A stretch of DNA of 64,000 nt from NCBI GenBank assembly GCA_024704765.1, contig JAKMXF010000315.1, forward strand, positions 330,801-394,800, given 5' to 3'. Made by a program: the position numbers and the translations under genes. The notes under the pieces were generated by a model. That model had not been told where the DNA came from. It ran no database searches and saw only the letters and a program-made list of their open reading frames with translations. This DNA comes from Oopsacas minuta. Its lineage: Eukaryota; Animalia; Porifera. This document shows positions 26,001 through 40,089 of this stretch, one piece after another. How positions within the stretch are numbered: position 1 is the first letter of the stretch; the number at the start of each line of letters is the position of its first letter.

Positions 26001-27932
26001 ATCCTGCAAAAACCGTTTTGCCTTCATGATATCAAGTTTCTCCAAACGATGGTCCAGTATTGTCCGTTTACTGCCCTGTTCCAGCTCATCTGCTGAGGTA
26101 ATCTTTCCTATCATCAAAGATGTTATTCGTGGTGTTGAAGCATGTGGACTTTCTGTACACGTTTTATGTATTGATAATTACCCGATGGACGTTAACATTT
26201 TCAGGTTATTTTCTCTCAGCCGACTTCTGGAGCATATTGTTCCTCACTCTATGGACTCAAACCGGCCATTGTTTTTGCTTTTTGACTTCGTTCATATAAT
26301 CAAATCGATACGTAATCACTGGCTAAACCAAATAGATTATAATAAAACATTCACTTATCCAGATTTTGAGAACATACAAGTTGCGAGTACTGCATTTTTC
26401 GAAGAAATTCGCAAATAATATAAAGGTGACCAATACTCTGTTGCTAAATTAGCTCCAAGATTAACCTCTAAAGCTTGTTGGCCTTCCACTTTAGAACAAC
26501 AAAATCTTTCTTTATAGCCACCAATCGCGATACCACACTTCTACAAATTCACAGGCTGTAGACTTTATTGCCATTATTTGTAATGTTTGGAAGATATTCA
26601 ACATCAATACTCCGAACAAGGGTATCCTTCACAAAGATGAATTTCAGTTCTACTTACCTACAATGATACCAGATTTATGTTCCTTCAACGTGTAGTTGAT
26701 TGGGCTGAATGCTGGCGAGTCATACCTGACAAAAGAAGTGAATTAAATCCTCAAACTTTTACAAGTTTCCGTCACTCTTGCATTGCACTCCCGTGCATTG
26801 TAACCATCTGACTGGAAATTGTGGCTATTCGTACGTCCTTTCTTCGTTCTTGCAAAATGATCCACTTGAGCATCATTTTGGCTTGTATAGAATGATGTCA
26901 GGAGCACAATACCACATTAGCTATTGCCAGGTCCTTGAAACAGAACGGAGAATAAAGTTGTCCAGCATACTCAAATTATTTTCAAAAAAGCCTGTAGAAG
27001 ATAGCATATCACTTAAGAACTTCTTAGAATCGTGCTCATCCTCTTGTGACCAAGACTCCCATGCGTCTTTCAGCTTGGAGATGTATCTCTCGGCGATTCA
27101 GGGATATTCAGAATGGAATTAAACATGCAAATACTCTAATCACTCTCCTTTATAGCAGGTTACTCAGTGCATGCCTATTACAAACATCCTACTAAATGTC
27201 AATCATGTCTCTTATTCCTCACTGAAAAACAAAGAAATGGAAATTGAAGAACCTTCAGATTCTGAATATCGATTAATTCAGATAATCGACCGAGACTCAC
27301 TAAAATGGCCAAGTAGTGATGTCATAGAAGCAACTATTACGCTATGGAAAGTATTCTCTTCTATCGAGAGTCAACCAAGCATATTCAATAACTTTATAAC
27401 TGGTCCTTCTAGAAGTATCCTTATACAGTTAACAACAAGTCTTATAGTAGATGAACAAGCTGAAGCATGGAGAGTGATGTGTGACGAATGTGGTACACTC
27501 ATGTGGGATGTATTAGCTAAACTATTGACCGCTACTTCAAACTGTCTTATATCAAATAAGAATAAGAACATGAATTTCCAGCTACCCTTGAAACCGTGTG
27601 TCGAAAATACTCAAAATTAAAGAAAGTGAAGCCTAATTAACTCATTATCAGGCACTCACTATTTGAAATATGTTTAGTATTAAATCCAATAATATTTTCT
27701 CTCAGGGATTCACATTTTAGTTAATTTTCTCTAACTATAACATTTATTGTAAAATTAAGGACTTAAATGCATCCATGGTCTTTAAAATTGTTTAAGAACA
27801 ATTTTTAAGTTCACGATTTGGGTAATAACATCAATTACATGATTATTTGAAATAAAATTTAATGGACTTAAACGACATCCATGGTACAAAAAATCGCACT
27901 AGTAAACAGGCCTTATTATAACCTAGGTCATG
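23097..27932 (+). mobile_element. P-element/THAP9-like transposon, pseudogenised, with nested maT
   Basis: Long imperfect TIRs (~150 bp) starting C(G/A)T(A/G)ACCTA(C/G)GTTA and 7-bp TSD ATTCATC. CDS relic 23516-~27640 has a THAP domain (MPNR..AGCRSN..FKLP..RWLRAL..VCSKDF), IQMDEIHVK, FDFVHIIKSIRNHW and QNDPLEHHFG. Confidence 0.9.
23639..24961 (+). mobile_element. maT (DD37D) element inserted in the THAP domain of the P-like element
   Basis: TIRs C(T/A)GGGTGCGTCAAAAGTTCTGCAACAA with TA TSD. Motifs FSDEKIF and FQQDGAPAH-37aa-D (SPDPNPCDY); two frameshifts. Confidence 0.92.
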
Positions 27933-29620
27933 ATTCATCAAATATTTGGCATCTAACTAGGATTTACGTTAAAAAATCAAAATCGCTATTAAATTTGTTT
28001 CTAAATTGCAAAATGGGTGTATTTCAATGAAATACTTTTCAAATTTTTAGTCGACCTTGATGTATATTGAAGCAGTCATTTTGGTCATTTGGAAGCCTCA
28101 TTTTGCTGCGCTCCGATTCTATTTAGATAGGCTCTGGCCAGACCGTCCTCTTTTTCTGAGTGAAAGCCATACTCTCTCAGTTTGATGGATATTGCTCCCC
28201 AAATCAATAATGTAAAGTAACTTCTACTATCTCTAAATATATTACAAAAATCCAGTAATATCAAAATTCCACCACTATACCCGATCATGACTCTAGTTTT
28301 ACTTTCGTAATGAAGATTAACATACATCTTAGGACTCGGTTGTATCCAATTCCTTGCCAAACCGAGATTTTAGTACCTTTTTGACGTCATAAACCCAGTT
28401 TTTTCTGGCAGTAATTGTGTAATACTAAGCATAGTTTGGCTTATGTAAATGTGAATTTCTGACGCCAATGTTTTGTGACTTAATAAATAGTTAAAAATCT
28501 GTTTTTGTATGTATTTATTCAACTAACATCAGCCGTAACTTTCGATGTGTACGGTCCCAATTTATACAAGCTATGTCATCCGACGAGTTCCAGGTTGAAA
28601 TGACGTCATCTGATTGGCAAAACTGGAATATGTTTTGAAAATTCGCCATTTCTTTGGTCTGTCAAATGATCAATCATCGTTTCATCGACTCTAGAATCAA
28701 GACCAATTGATCCAAGTATGTTTTATACAAAATATCGAAAAATTGCCACAATATAGTTCTCAGGCTCCAGAGTTATAGTGCTGACCATATATGACACATT
28801 TCTGCTAATATTCACCTATATCTCGACAATCTTTAATATTATGGCCAATCTTATTGCAAATATATGGTATATACCCGACTTCTTATACACATATAATTAA
28901 TCTAGATATGATGATATCTCTGACAATTCAGATGTAATCTTGAAAGTCACCATGTATGGAAATATTGATGACTGTGCAATAATCCATGTGCACATCATAT
29001 CAAAATCTATTATAAGGTTATTGGAAATTGAGTATATACCATATGTTTGCAAGATGATTGAACACAACATTAAGGTTGTCAACTTATAGGTGAATATTAG
29101 AAGAAATGTGTTATTCATGGTCACTACTATAACTAAGGAACACATGAACAGTATTATCTCAAATTTTGGACTTTTTATATGAAAAATTCCTTGGACCAAT
29201 TATTGTTAATTCTAGAGGTTGGAAATAATTATTTATTCAGAATAGAAATAATATAGACAGAACTGAGCTCTACTTGAGTACAGTTTTCGTTCTTATTAGT
29301 AGTGAATATAATGCAAGATATAATATGACGGTCTGTGTATGTTTATTGGTTTCCTGTTGATGGGAATTCGTTTCGATTAATTAATCAATCCTACTAATTG
29401 TGGTTTTGTGTTTTTCAAGCTATTATCGTGATCTTGAGCTTTCATATCGCATTCAATAGTTTTTCACCATTGTGTTTCATTAGTGTTGTTGTTTAGTTAA
29501 TTGTCTAATAACTTGCTGCCTTTCGGTTCCAATCCCAGGGCTGCATTTACTTTTTTGACTTCAGATTACCTGAAATTTCATAGCTTAACTTGATTCTCCA
29601 AATTTTCCAAGATTTAAATA

Positions 29621-30973
29621 TAGGGTGGGCCACGGGAGTAAAAGTAAACTGCTCTCATTTGAAAACGAAACAATAAAACTTAATTCTGTAAAATGATTTT
29701 TAAAATATAGATAAATAGTTTTGTGAATACATCATCCTTTTTCTTCAGCCATTAATCAGGTACTCGATCCATTCCCCTTTCCTACCCAGCACTCTTTGTA
29801 GTCTGACAAGCACGTTATCGTACACTTTAGCCAGAGTTTCCCCGTTAATCTTCCTGATTTCTCTTCTGAGGTTCTTCTTGAGGTCCTCTAGTGTCTTAGG
29901 AACAGGATCCCTGTACACAACTAACTTCAGGTAGCCCCACAGGTAAAAATCGCAAGGATTAAGGTCCGGGGAATATGGGGGCCAGAAGTAGTCAAATCCA
30001 CGATCAATCACCCTGTCACCAAACTTCTCTTGTAGCCAGCTCCTAACTAAATTGGCATAGTGTGGGGGTGCTCCATCCTGATGGAAAGTAATGGTATTCA
30101 GTTCACCATGTCTCCTGATGTTGGGAAGGTAGAATCCTTTCAGCATTGCCAGGTATCTCCATCGGTTCACCGTACAGGTCTTACCATCCTCATCTTCAAA
30201 AAAGTACGGGCCTATGATCCGGTCATGGGCAACTGCACACCAGACAACCAACTTTTCAGTGCTCAAGGGTCTCTGGGCAATAGGTTCTGGCTTCTCCAAT
30301 GCCCAGAACCTCATGTTCTGCTTGTTAACATGTCCTGAAAGATTAAAGTTTGCCTCTTCAGACTAATGAACTTCAGTGATCTTCAAAAGTTCTTCCTCAA
30401 TCTTCTTGGAAATGTACGTGGCAAATTGGACCCTCTTCTTCTGATTTGATTCACTTTGCTTTTGCTGCATCTGTATTTTGTAAGGAAAGGCTCTAATGTC
30501 ATCATTAAGGATCCTCTTCACTAAGCCCCTACTGATTGCAGTCTCTGCAAATAGCCTTCTTGTTGCGCGATGGGGTAAATCTGTCAGTTTCTTTTTGATT
30601 TTTGAATGTTTTCAGGGGTTCTAACAGTCTTCCTGGGTCCCTTTCGTTTTCTATTGCCTACCATACCACCCTCCTCCATCCTCTTGACAATATTGATGAT
30701 TGTGTTCTTTGCAGGAGCCTTCAATGTCTTTTAATGCACCTTGAAAGCTCGCTGGGCCGAAACAACACTTCTCCCGTTTTCAATATACCAGTAGAGTAAC
30801 TTCACTTTGATATCCTGCTGGAGCGACGTTACATAATCCTAGGGGTAGTTTGGTTAGTATTTTTAAAAACTAATTATCTCAGCTTTAAAATGAATAGTGA
30901 ACCACTGAAGGTTGACAAAAATTCCACGTGCTAGAGCAATTTACTTTTGATCAGTCTTCCGTGGCCCACCCTG
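29621..30973 (-). mobile_element. rosa-type (DD41D) Tc1/mariner element
   Basis: TIRs (T/C)AGGGTGGGCCACGG with TA TSD. ORF 29745-30314 has FHQDGAPPH...WPPYSPDLNPCDF with 41 residues between the D residues. The N-terminal HTH relic extends to ~30820. Confidence 0.92.
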
Positions 30974-31455
30974 TACATAATACTAATAATATGGGTACAG
31001 TTCTGCTCTACAGGGATGAGCTGCACAAGATCTGAGCTCTATATATATTATTTCCTATAATCCCTATAATTGTGCCCAAATGAACGAATTTTATTACCGT
31101 GAATAATATTATTGTCTATCAAATTCATGGACTTCAACTCATCCATGTTTTCGAATAGTCGTGAGGCATTATCTAACGATGTTCAAGCACTAGTTTTATG
31201 TCTCAATTTGAGGAAGAATTCAAAAACGGATGCTATATCTTGCTAAGTAGCTAAACCTCATACAAATTTCGCGTCCTCATGGTGTCGTCATCGCCATGGC
31301 TAGAATGATTAAAACATACAACAGGTGGAGGCAAGCAATCCAGAGTTCGCAGACAGATAGCAAATTCTGTACCGCAGCAAATTATACGACCGATACATGT
31401 TTAGTCAAGGATTTTGCTTCAAAACTATGTGAGATTTGCAAGGTAGCTTCCATGA

Positions 31456-32018
31456 GGAGGAGCTGCACATGTCAGAATTTAGTGTTCTACACTTATTAGA
31501 ATGGATATTTTAGAGTTCTACACTTGTCAGGATGGTTTTTATCGAGTTTTGACTTTGGGAGAATTGGAATTTGATTGATTTATCTAGCTAGCTTTGCTTG
31601 AGCTGAGAAGAGCAGGTATTTCAGTACACTATTTGGATAACTGGCCAGGTGTTTTTATATTACACCTATATATATAGATTACCGGAAGTGATACTTACAT
31701 CCATCAATCCAAAGTAATACACAACTAAATAGTGTCGAAATTATATGCAAAATTCCATTCTCCCAAATTGGAGCACACAAAAATGGATATAAACCATTTT
31801 TACAATGTAAAAACTCGATACATCTATTCTGACTGGTGCAGAACTCCCAAAACCTGTTCTGACAAGGGCAGAACTCTAACAAACCGATTCTGACAAGTGC
31901 ATAATTCTTTAATATCAATTTTGACAAATGCAGAACTCTAAAACACTGATTCTGGCAAATGCAGAACTAAATATTCTGACAAAACCAGAACACTAAATTC
32001 TGACATGTGCATGTCCCC
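31456..32018. mobile_element. MULE/foldback-like MITE with internal ~30-bp repeats
   Basis: G-starting TIRs sharing TGCACATGTCAGAATTTAGTGTTCT and 8-9-bp TSD (T/G)TCCATGA. Tandem GCAGAACTC...TTCTGACAA units at ~31800-31990. Confidence 0.7.
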
Positions 32019-34396
32019 GTCCATGAATACTGTCCTGAATATGAATTATGAAAAGAAGTACCCACATCTTGTTCCAATGCTTTCAGAGCCTAACCGCCTC
32101 ACGCGTTGGAATCCACGGGTCTCTGAATTCGTGATCTTGCTCAAAAATATGAACTCTACGAAGTTCCAGGTTGTGTACTGAATAATATGTACATTTCGGA
32201 GCTGTTTTAAAATATTCCCATCATAAGAGTTTTACAAATTTGATATAAAAATTTAGACATTAACAATATTACCAATTACATAAAAACATTTCACTTAATT
32301 ATGAATGCCCATGCACCAGCTAAATTTGGATTGTCTGTGGTGCTGTGCCAATGGTGACAATATTTAGCTCACTTAGCATCAGTTATTCAAGTAACCAGCA
32401 GATGACTTAACAAAATTAGGGTAACAATACACGAAAATATTTGAATCCCTAATTATAGATCAATATCGGCCAAATGTTCTATGTACAACCTGGAAACTTT
32501 ATGGGGCCAAGGGTGCGGGTAGTGATGGCCCTTAGAAACAGCTAATTCGGTTTAATCGGCTCATTTTCTCGCATCAAACGCGTTCAACATGTACTTATAG
32601 TAATCAATGCCTAATGAGTGAGGAAGCAACCAGATTTGGAAGACGTTCCCTCGCTAATTCGGAAATTTCACATGCAAAACCAGGAAGACCGATGATAAAT
32701 TCTCCAGCCATTATTTTTATATATTGTAACAAAATCTTGAGCGAAATTTCGCAAGGTCTATCCCATCAATGTACTAAAAGGCATTTGATTTGTCATAACA
32801 TGTTACAAAGCTTTCTAGAATGAGACAACTTTTGCACTAAGTTTCCAAATCTCACGACTGGAAGGGGTCAGCGCTGCAAGCTCTACACATTTTCAACCTC
32901 AATAAGAATCCAAGTAGCAAAGAATTAAGTTCGGCAAGAGCATATAACTTAAATCAACTGGTGAGATGTCGAATAATCAAGTATAAATGATGTCTTCAGT
33001 ATTGCGAGACTCTGGAATTCAATGACCAACAATAGGATAATACAATGAGAAGAAGAAAATTCTGTAGATAAGCTTATTTGCCTTTGGGTTAGCAAGGTTC
33101 CTGAAAATTGTTGAAACCTTTAGCGGATATTTCAGTACAATCATATAAGCTATTCCTGACAAACGAAGATGTAACAATTTACGTTGATCTCAAAGCTGGG
33201 TGTATTTCGATCGGTTAAATGGCAGGGCGGTATCCATACATCTATTAAACTTGAGAGGGTTCCCTAGGTTTAAACCAACCCATGGATACATGCAGATAGT
33301 GTTTTTTACATTCAACTATGTTTGACAAACTTTTAAAGTCTACGGTGGTGATCCTAGAAAACACGCAATTGATTGTATGCGCGTGTAAGATCTCTTTCCA
33401 ATAGGAGTATGGATGTCAAATCAATGGCTAGAATCAATATTCCAGAGCTGCATTTGATGTTAGTAGTGGGACAAAGGTTTTACGACGCCATACCAGCACA
33501 ATGTCTGAAGAAGTGATACTCACGCACGAATCTCTACTAGGAAATATTCACATTCAGCGAGGCACAAACAATAGAAATGCATCCGAGGGAAATGCAATAC
33601 GTATCTGCTCATGATATTTAATGGACTGGCCTTTCTTCCTTTAAACTCTGCATTTAGTGCCCTGGAGACATTTTGTGATCATGTTTGAGGACAAAAAATA
33701 TTGAAAGTGAATACATTGATCTGATTTAGCAATTCGAGGAGGCGTTTAAAAGATAGATACAAATGCAATGAAAAATGTTGAAAGAGCCCTTAAATGCATA
33801 TATAATGCAGTTTGTAACGCCAATTTCACGCACTCCCCCATATCATATTCAATATATTTGTGATTTTATATGCTTGTTATCAGGGGCGTCGGAAGCAAAT
33901 ATCAAGTGGGGGGGCCGATTCATAAATTCAAACAAGTTTAAATAATGAATGTAATGATCTTAAGCAAAGAAATATTTGAATAAGTCATTTAATAAAGATC
34001 ATTCATCACAAATATTCTAAATATGGATTAACGATGATGTGAGTCTCTAGCAAAATCATTTGCAACTTCAATCAACCCCAGTTCATCTGTCTTTCCTATG
34101 TGAATGTTCAAAATCATTGCAGGGTTAAAATGCATCTCTGTCATTGTTGAGCGGAGATAAGATTTGATAAAACTAATATGCTAAATGATCTTTCACTTAC
34201 AGCATTAGTAACTAGCATTACTACGATTAATTTCGCAATAATGAAATCGGACAAAAGCATTCATTGAAGATCAGAAAATGATCAAAGAGTCATTAAAAGA
34301 GAGGAAAGGGAATTTTCCGGCTTTTCACAATCATTGCCCTGAAAATCTAAAACTGCATCATTATTTTCTGAGGACAAAGTTTATCTGCATAAATAA

Positions 34397-36685
34397 CACA
34401 ACTCAACCAGATTTCTGATCAGAGATCACATACATTCATCTCAGCATACTTTTGAATGCTGAACTCGAATCTGCAATCAGAATTTCTCTAGCACGTCTAG
34501 TTATTCTGAAATCCAATATCCATTTTTTCAATAGTATAGTATTACCTAGTTACTAAATTGCTATATGAGCATGCCTATTTTGATTCAATTATCAGGAATA
34601 TAAATGACTTTACTCATTTGAATTCAAGCAAATCAAATTAGAAACATGCATCGTAATTGTAGAACTCATCTCGACAATTTCTGTTACGTTTGTGGTCTTT
34701 TTTGCGTAAAATCACAAAGACGACCAATCATAAATCAATTAAAGAACATATACAAATTGTACTTCGGATGTCCACTTGGTGACCAAGACAAGTCGTGGGC
34801 ACCACATGTTATATGCACTTCTTGTTCAAGTGGACTACGAGATTGGTTGAACAAAAGGAAAGTTTCAATGCCATTTGCAATACCCATGGTCTGGAGGAAA
34901 CAGAAAAATCACCTTGATGATTATTACTTTTGCCTTATCGACATTACAGGATTCTCAGCCCAGAATAAGCACGCTCTTGTTTACCCAGACTTGGATTCTG
35001 CGCGCAGGCCAATTCCATACAACATCTCATTACCAATCCCAATTCCCAAGCCACAGCAAATTAAAATCGGGTCTGATATGGTGGAAGATGTTCATGCAGA
35101 TTCTACAGATGCTAATTATGTCCCAGAAAATGAATTACTAGAGCCACAAACATTTACACAGGGAGAATTGAATGACCTGGTCAGGGATCTAGACTTATCT
35201 AAAGACAAAGCTGAACTCCTTGCATCCAGGCTCAAACAGAAAAACCTACTCGACAAAGATGTCCTAGTATCCCACTATCGCAAGCGAAATTTCGATCTCG
35301 CTCAATACTACACCACTGATGGTCCACTGTGCTATTGTAATGATATCGAAGGACTCTATGCAAACCTACTACAAGAACATTCTTCCTCTGATTGGCGCCT
35401 TTTCATCGACTCGCCAAAACGCAGTTTGAAAGCTGTTCTGTTGCATAACGGAAATCTAAAGCCTGGCGTTCTAATTGCTCCCTCCGTCTACCTCAAAGAA
35501 ACCTTCGTCAATTTGCAGGAAGTTTTGGAGGCAATACAGTATAGAACACATATATGGAATATCTGCGGTGATCTTAAGATAATCGGGATATTGATGGGCT
35601 TGCAACAAGGTTTTACAAAGTATTGTTGTTTCCTATGTCTATGGGACAGCCGAGCAGCTGGTGAACATTATAAAAATGTGATTGGCCGAAGAGAACCTAT
35701 GAAGTGGGGAAAACCAATTTACAGCATTCGCCATTGGTATATCCAAACAAAGTTTTCTTACCCCCACTTCATATTAAACTTGGATTAATGAAAACATTCG
35801 TTAAAACAATGGGCAAAACAAATTCAGCAGGATTTCTGCATTTGGTAGGCAAATTTCCGAAACTAAGCAAGGCAAAGTTAAAAGAGGGAGTATTTGTAGG
35901 ACCACAAATCAGACAAGTATTCAGAGATCCAGATTTCGAGAAGACATTATCCGAATTAGAAATGAGTGCTTGGAATTCTTTCAAATGGGGTGGCGAAAAC
36001 TTTTTGCGCAACAAGAAGTCGTCCAACAACAGAGAAGGAGTGGAAACCTTGCTTAACGCATACGAGAAGATGGACTGTCGCATGTCACTAAAACTTCACT
36101 TCTTGCACTCTCACCTTGATTTTTCCCTGAGAACCTTGGTGCTGTAAGTGATGAACAGGGTGAGAGATTCCACCAAGACATACAGGAGATGGAAACCCGA
36201 TGCCAAGGTTTCTGGAATGAGGGCATGATGTCCGACTACTGTTAGAGGCTCTTCAGAGATAATCCCAACAAGATATATAAAAGGAGTCGTACTCTCAACA
36301 CTTTTAATTTAGTTAACTACCTTTATACTTCTAGATGGATATGTATTTCCCCTTAGGTTGTGAGTAATTGATACATGCATGAATGTGAATAATTATATGT
36401 AAGAGCTAGGATAATAACTGATATTATCCTGGCATTAATCTAAAGCATCGAAACGTTGATTTATTTCAGATGACTATCATGTAAGAAGACAAAAAGACAG
36501 CCACTACCATAAAATAACAGGAAAGATTTAGGAAATACATAAAAGTCGTTGACTTGTAGATGGAAAAAAAACTGGACGAGCTGGAAAGAATCTGAAAGCA
36601 GATTTGAATTCAGCGTAAAAACTAGCTTAGAAAATGTCAATCTAATACTTGATGAGAAAATGAAGTTAAATTTTGTTGATATGTG
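34397..36685 (+). mobile_element. Chapaev3 transposon B
   Basis: Ends CACAACTCAAC / CACATATCAAC with 3-bp TSD TAA. CDS 34646-~36309 has CYVCG, GDQDKSWAPH, LFIDSP, LHIKLGL and EQGERFHQD, with frameshifts. Confidence 0.85.
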
Positions 36686-37744
36686 TAATTGTTACTAAGA
36701 CAAATTCTTCTTTAGAAATACTCGTATTCACACATTTAGCAAAAGATCTTGCAAGTTACTGTACATCCGATAGCCTGGTTGATGAACTTTCTTGAATATA
36801 AGCAATAATTCTATACAATGCTTAAAAATATAAACCGTTGTAATATTCATCACTTGTTGTAAGTAGGTTTGAAGCTGAATAATCTGTTTAAATATTTGTG
36901 GTACCTTTCTTTTTCTCGGCAATCTTGGTTCTCTTACACCTAATTCTTCCCCTTGGGTAATTGTACTTAACGAAAAAGAGCAAATTTATCTTTTGTTCAC
37001 ATAAACATGAGTGTTTTTGGTATCATTTGTACAATCTGTTGAGCTTCTGCAACAGATATATCTGTCTAATGAAGTATCTTATTAAGATTTCAGAATGACC
37101 GGAAGAAGTTCTTCAGTGAGCATTCCAAAAATGGAAATCTATGTTTCCATGTCGAAGGCTTTACATTGTGTCTAGGATTCATTCCAAGCAGTTTTAAAGC
37201 TCTTTAGTTTGCCTTAATGCAATGCAAAGTTTGTTCTCCTATTGTCAACATGTTGGGCACAAAACACGTACTCCAGGTGACTATTTGCAAGCTGATCGTT
37301 GAGACGATATGGAAATGAGTCTCTCTGAGGAGATCTCTTGACAGGTTTAGGGATTTTCTCTGATATCTCTAGCGGGTCTTCCATAACTTCATGTTACTTA
37401 ACTGTGTCATTGCAAGCTAAATGAACGGAGTGCCCATAAAAGTGAATATAGACAACAAGTGTTTCCTCGTTTAAACTCTGCTTGGACACTCCATTCCGGC
37501 CCCGGACGTTGAGGCCGCACGGTCATGATTATCACTTCGCGTAACTTTGTGAAAGTTAAATTAAGTCGTTGTATAACATGGCGTATCATAGCTACGATAG
37601 AATTTGCATCAGTAGATTCAATCTGATAAATACCAAAGAAATCTCGTTAGCTCTCGGTTCGTCATCTATTCAACGCATGCAGATATCTGCTTGCTCTTTG
37701 TTAGGAATTCTGTTGTTTCATATACCACAAGATAGTAGAATGGT

Positions 37745-37797
37745 ACTGATGGAGACAATCTATTAACTGATGGAGACAATCTATTAACTGATGGAGA
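37745..37797. repeat. 21-bp tandem repeat x2.5 inside the hAT coding relic
   Basis: ACTGATGGAGACAATCTATTA twice, plus a partial third unit. Confidence 0.9.
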
Positions 37798-38555
37798 ATA
37801 TTGTGAGACATAATTCCCAATATCTCATTTAGAATATCAGCTGAGGTATACTTATACGATTTCATTTTGACAATTATGGAGTTAATGGATTCTCTTTTTT
37901 GGGAATTTAAGCGTCTTGGCTGATTTAGCACAGTGAAATGAAATTGATTGCATTCGAAAACCACTAGCTAAACCATAAAACTAGTAAATTTGACAAACTA
38001 ACTAATTTGGAAGTTTCATGAGGATTGAAATTCAATTATACGGATTCTGAATCACCAGTTGAATGTGATGACACTAAACATACAGGAAAGTGTGAATCCG
38101 CACAAACAGTTCAAAACAAACTGGGAATTAATTATTGAACATGCAGTGGGACAACAACTGTTTCAGTCTAAAAATGTTTTCAACATAACTGTAATTTATC
38201 ACACCATTTGATAGTCCTCAAATACATGAACAAATAAAAACCCAAAAGAGTGAGGAATGGTCAAGATAAATATTCAACAATTTTAAGTCGATATTCTAAA
38301 TTAGCTATCCAGTAAGTTTAAAACAATGTTCAAATACACATACAGCTCTTTATAATAGTGTTTAAAATAGAAATCTAAAAACTTGAAACAGTGTTTACAT
38401 ACCTTGCCAAAAATTCGAAACAATGTTCAAATTACATATCAATCACACTTAAACAATCTTTAAAATATCCATCCAATTAATACATTGGAGCATTATCTAA
38501 TCCAAGTTTGGTCCCTGGTCTTCTGGAACGACCTAGTAAGCGACGCCAGCTATCA

Positions 38556-39932
38556 CAGTCTGTTTCAAAAGTATTGGCAGTAGTTCATATTTCATATTTC
38601 CTAAGCCTATTCAATTGTGTGATTGTATTATCTATTGATCTTTTCGATATTGCATACTTAGATAGTCATCATGAAGTTTATCATTAATCATGATGGACTT
38701 TCTTAATGTTCACCTCGATTCAGATATTTGAAACGGGGAATTTTGAGGCATAAAATTTCCCACCGCCACAGCTGCCAATTTGATCTCATTTAATAAAACA
38801 AATTATATTATAGCCCTATTTGTAGCTAAATGTCGCAATTAGAACAGAGGAAGAAAATCAAAATATTTATTAATGCAGGTATTACTTCAGCGAAGGAAAT
38901 CTCTGCTAAAACAGGGATACCATTGAGGACAATTTTTCGTATAAAATCTATACTTCGTGAAGGTAAAAGCATAACACATAAAAGTGTTAGTGGGCGTCCC
39001 AAGGCTATCACATACTCACACAAACAATCAATTATACGAACGTTAAATTCTCATTCTAAGATCTCTATACGTTCTGTACACGTGAATCTCTCTTCCAAGT
39101 ACACCGATGCTCCGTCAACTTCAACAGTCTACCGGGCAACTCATGCTTGTGGATTTAACTTTAAACAACCTGTTATGGGACCATTCATTACCCCATTAAT
39201 AGCTAAAAACAGAGTTGAATGGTGTAAAGATCATGTGAATTATTGTTGGGAGAATGTATTCTTCACAGACGAATGTTCTATTTGGTTAAATCGGGGAAGT
39301 GTTGGCATGTGGACTAGAGCAAAAGAAAATCCTATTCTGAAGGTTCAACGGCACACACCAAAATTACACGTTTGGGGAGGGATTTCTTCCATGGGAACCA
39401 CAATATTGAAGATATTTACTTCTAATTTTGTCTCCAAATTGTATATTGATACTCTGAATGAGTATTTAATCAGAACAGCTGATGTTTACTATTCTGAGGG
39501 ATGGATTCTGCAGGAAGACAATTCCCCAATTCATAAATCTAAGCTCAGCAAAGAGTGGAAAGATAGTGAAAATATTCTAGTATTGGATTGGCCTGCCTAT
39601 TCTCCGGAATTAAATCCAATTGAAACCATCTGGGGAGTCCTAAAGCAGAGGTCGTCAAAGAGATCTCTCAATAACTTGGCTGATTCAGAAGTAGCTATAA
39701 TTTACGAATGGGAGACTTTTACCCCCGATTTCCTGAAAAATTTTATATTATCTATGCCTAACCGTGTAAATATGTGCATAAATTCGAGAGGGGAGAAGAT
39801 TAATTACTGAAATTTTGTTTACAGATATATCTTACCCGTAGAATTTCGTAGTATCATTATCTATTTGCTATTTGTTCCAATTTCTGAAATATTAATATTA
39901 TAATTTACTGCCAATACTTTTGAAACAGACTG
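38556..39932 (+). mobile_element. Tc1 (DD34E) element, full length
   Basis: Identical 27-bp TIRs CAGTCTGTTTCAAAAGTATTGGCAGTA. Right TSD is TA; the left flank reads CA. Confidence 0.95.
38830..39810 (+). CDS. Tc1 transposase, uninterrupted 326-aa ORF
   Basis: HTH with SGRPK, then FTDECS, LQEDNSPIH and WPAYSPELNPIE; 34 residues between D and E. Confidence 0.93.
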   Translation: MSQLEQRKKIKIFINAGITSAKEISAKTGIPLRTIFRIKSILREGKSITHKSVSGRPKAITYSHKQSIIRTLNSHSKISIRSVHVNLSSKYTDAPSTSTVYRATHACGFNFKQPVMGPFITPLIAKNRVEWCKDHVNYCWENVFFTDECSIWLNRGSVGMWTRAKENPILKVQRHTPKLHVWGGISSMGTTILKIFTSNFVSKLYIDTLNEYLIRTADVYYSEGWILQEDNSPIHKSKLSKEWKDSENILVLDWPAYSPELNPIETIWGVLKQRSSKRSLNNLADSEVAIIYEWETFTPDFLKNFILSMPNRVNMCINSRGEKINY

Positions 39933-40089
39933 TAAATATTAGGTTTTAACATTATCCTACCTATAGCTAGTTACACATATGATATTATTATTGATGTCCC
40001 GCATGTGTTTTAATAGTTCAGCACTCATCAGTGACACTATAATCATTATCTGGCTCTCGTCTTTTCAACTGGTTTAAAGCTATTATCAA

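Larger units (their letters stand above)
33881..38550 (-). mobile_element. Degenerate hAT transposon (ZMYM1-like), with nested Chapaev3
   Basis: hAT-like end CAGGGGCGTCGGAAGC at 33881. Minus-strand relics: YTSADILNEILGIMS (~37800-37860), TDISVAEAQQIVQ (~37030-37065) and C-terminal SYLRSTMTE..NPAMILNIH (~34100-34160). The right end is uncertain. Confidence 0.7.

Noticed and set aside
28897-29199. Hydrophobic ORF resembling a 7TM receptor fragment
   Set aside because: No diagnostic GPCR motif; AT-rich DNA yields Ile/Leu/Phe-rich frames by chance.
32560-33800. Possible very old LINE RT (KAFD, GSAL) or Tc1 (MDWP) relics
   Set aside because: Motifs are too short and fall in inconsistent frames.
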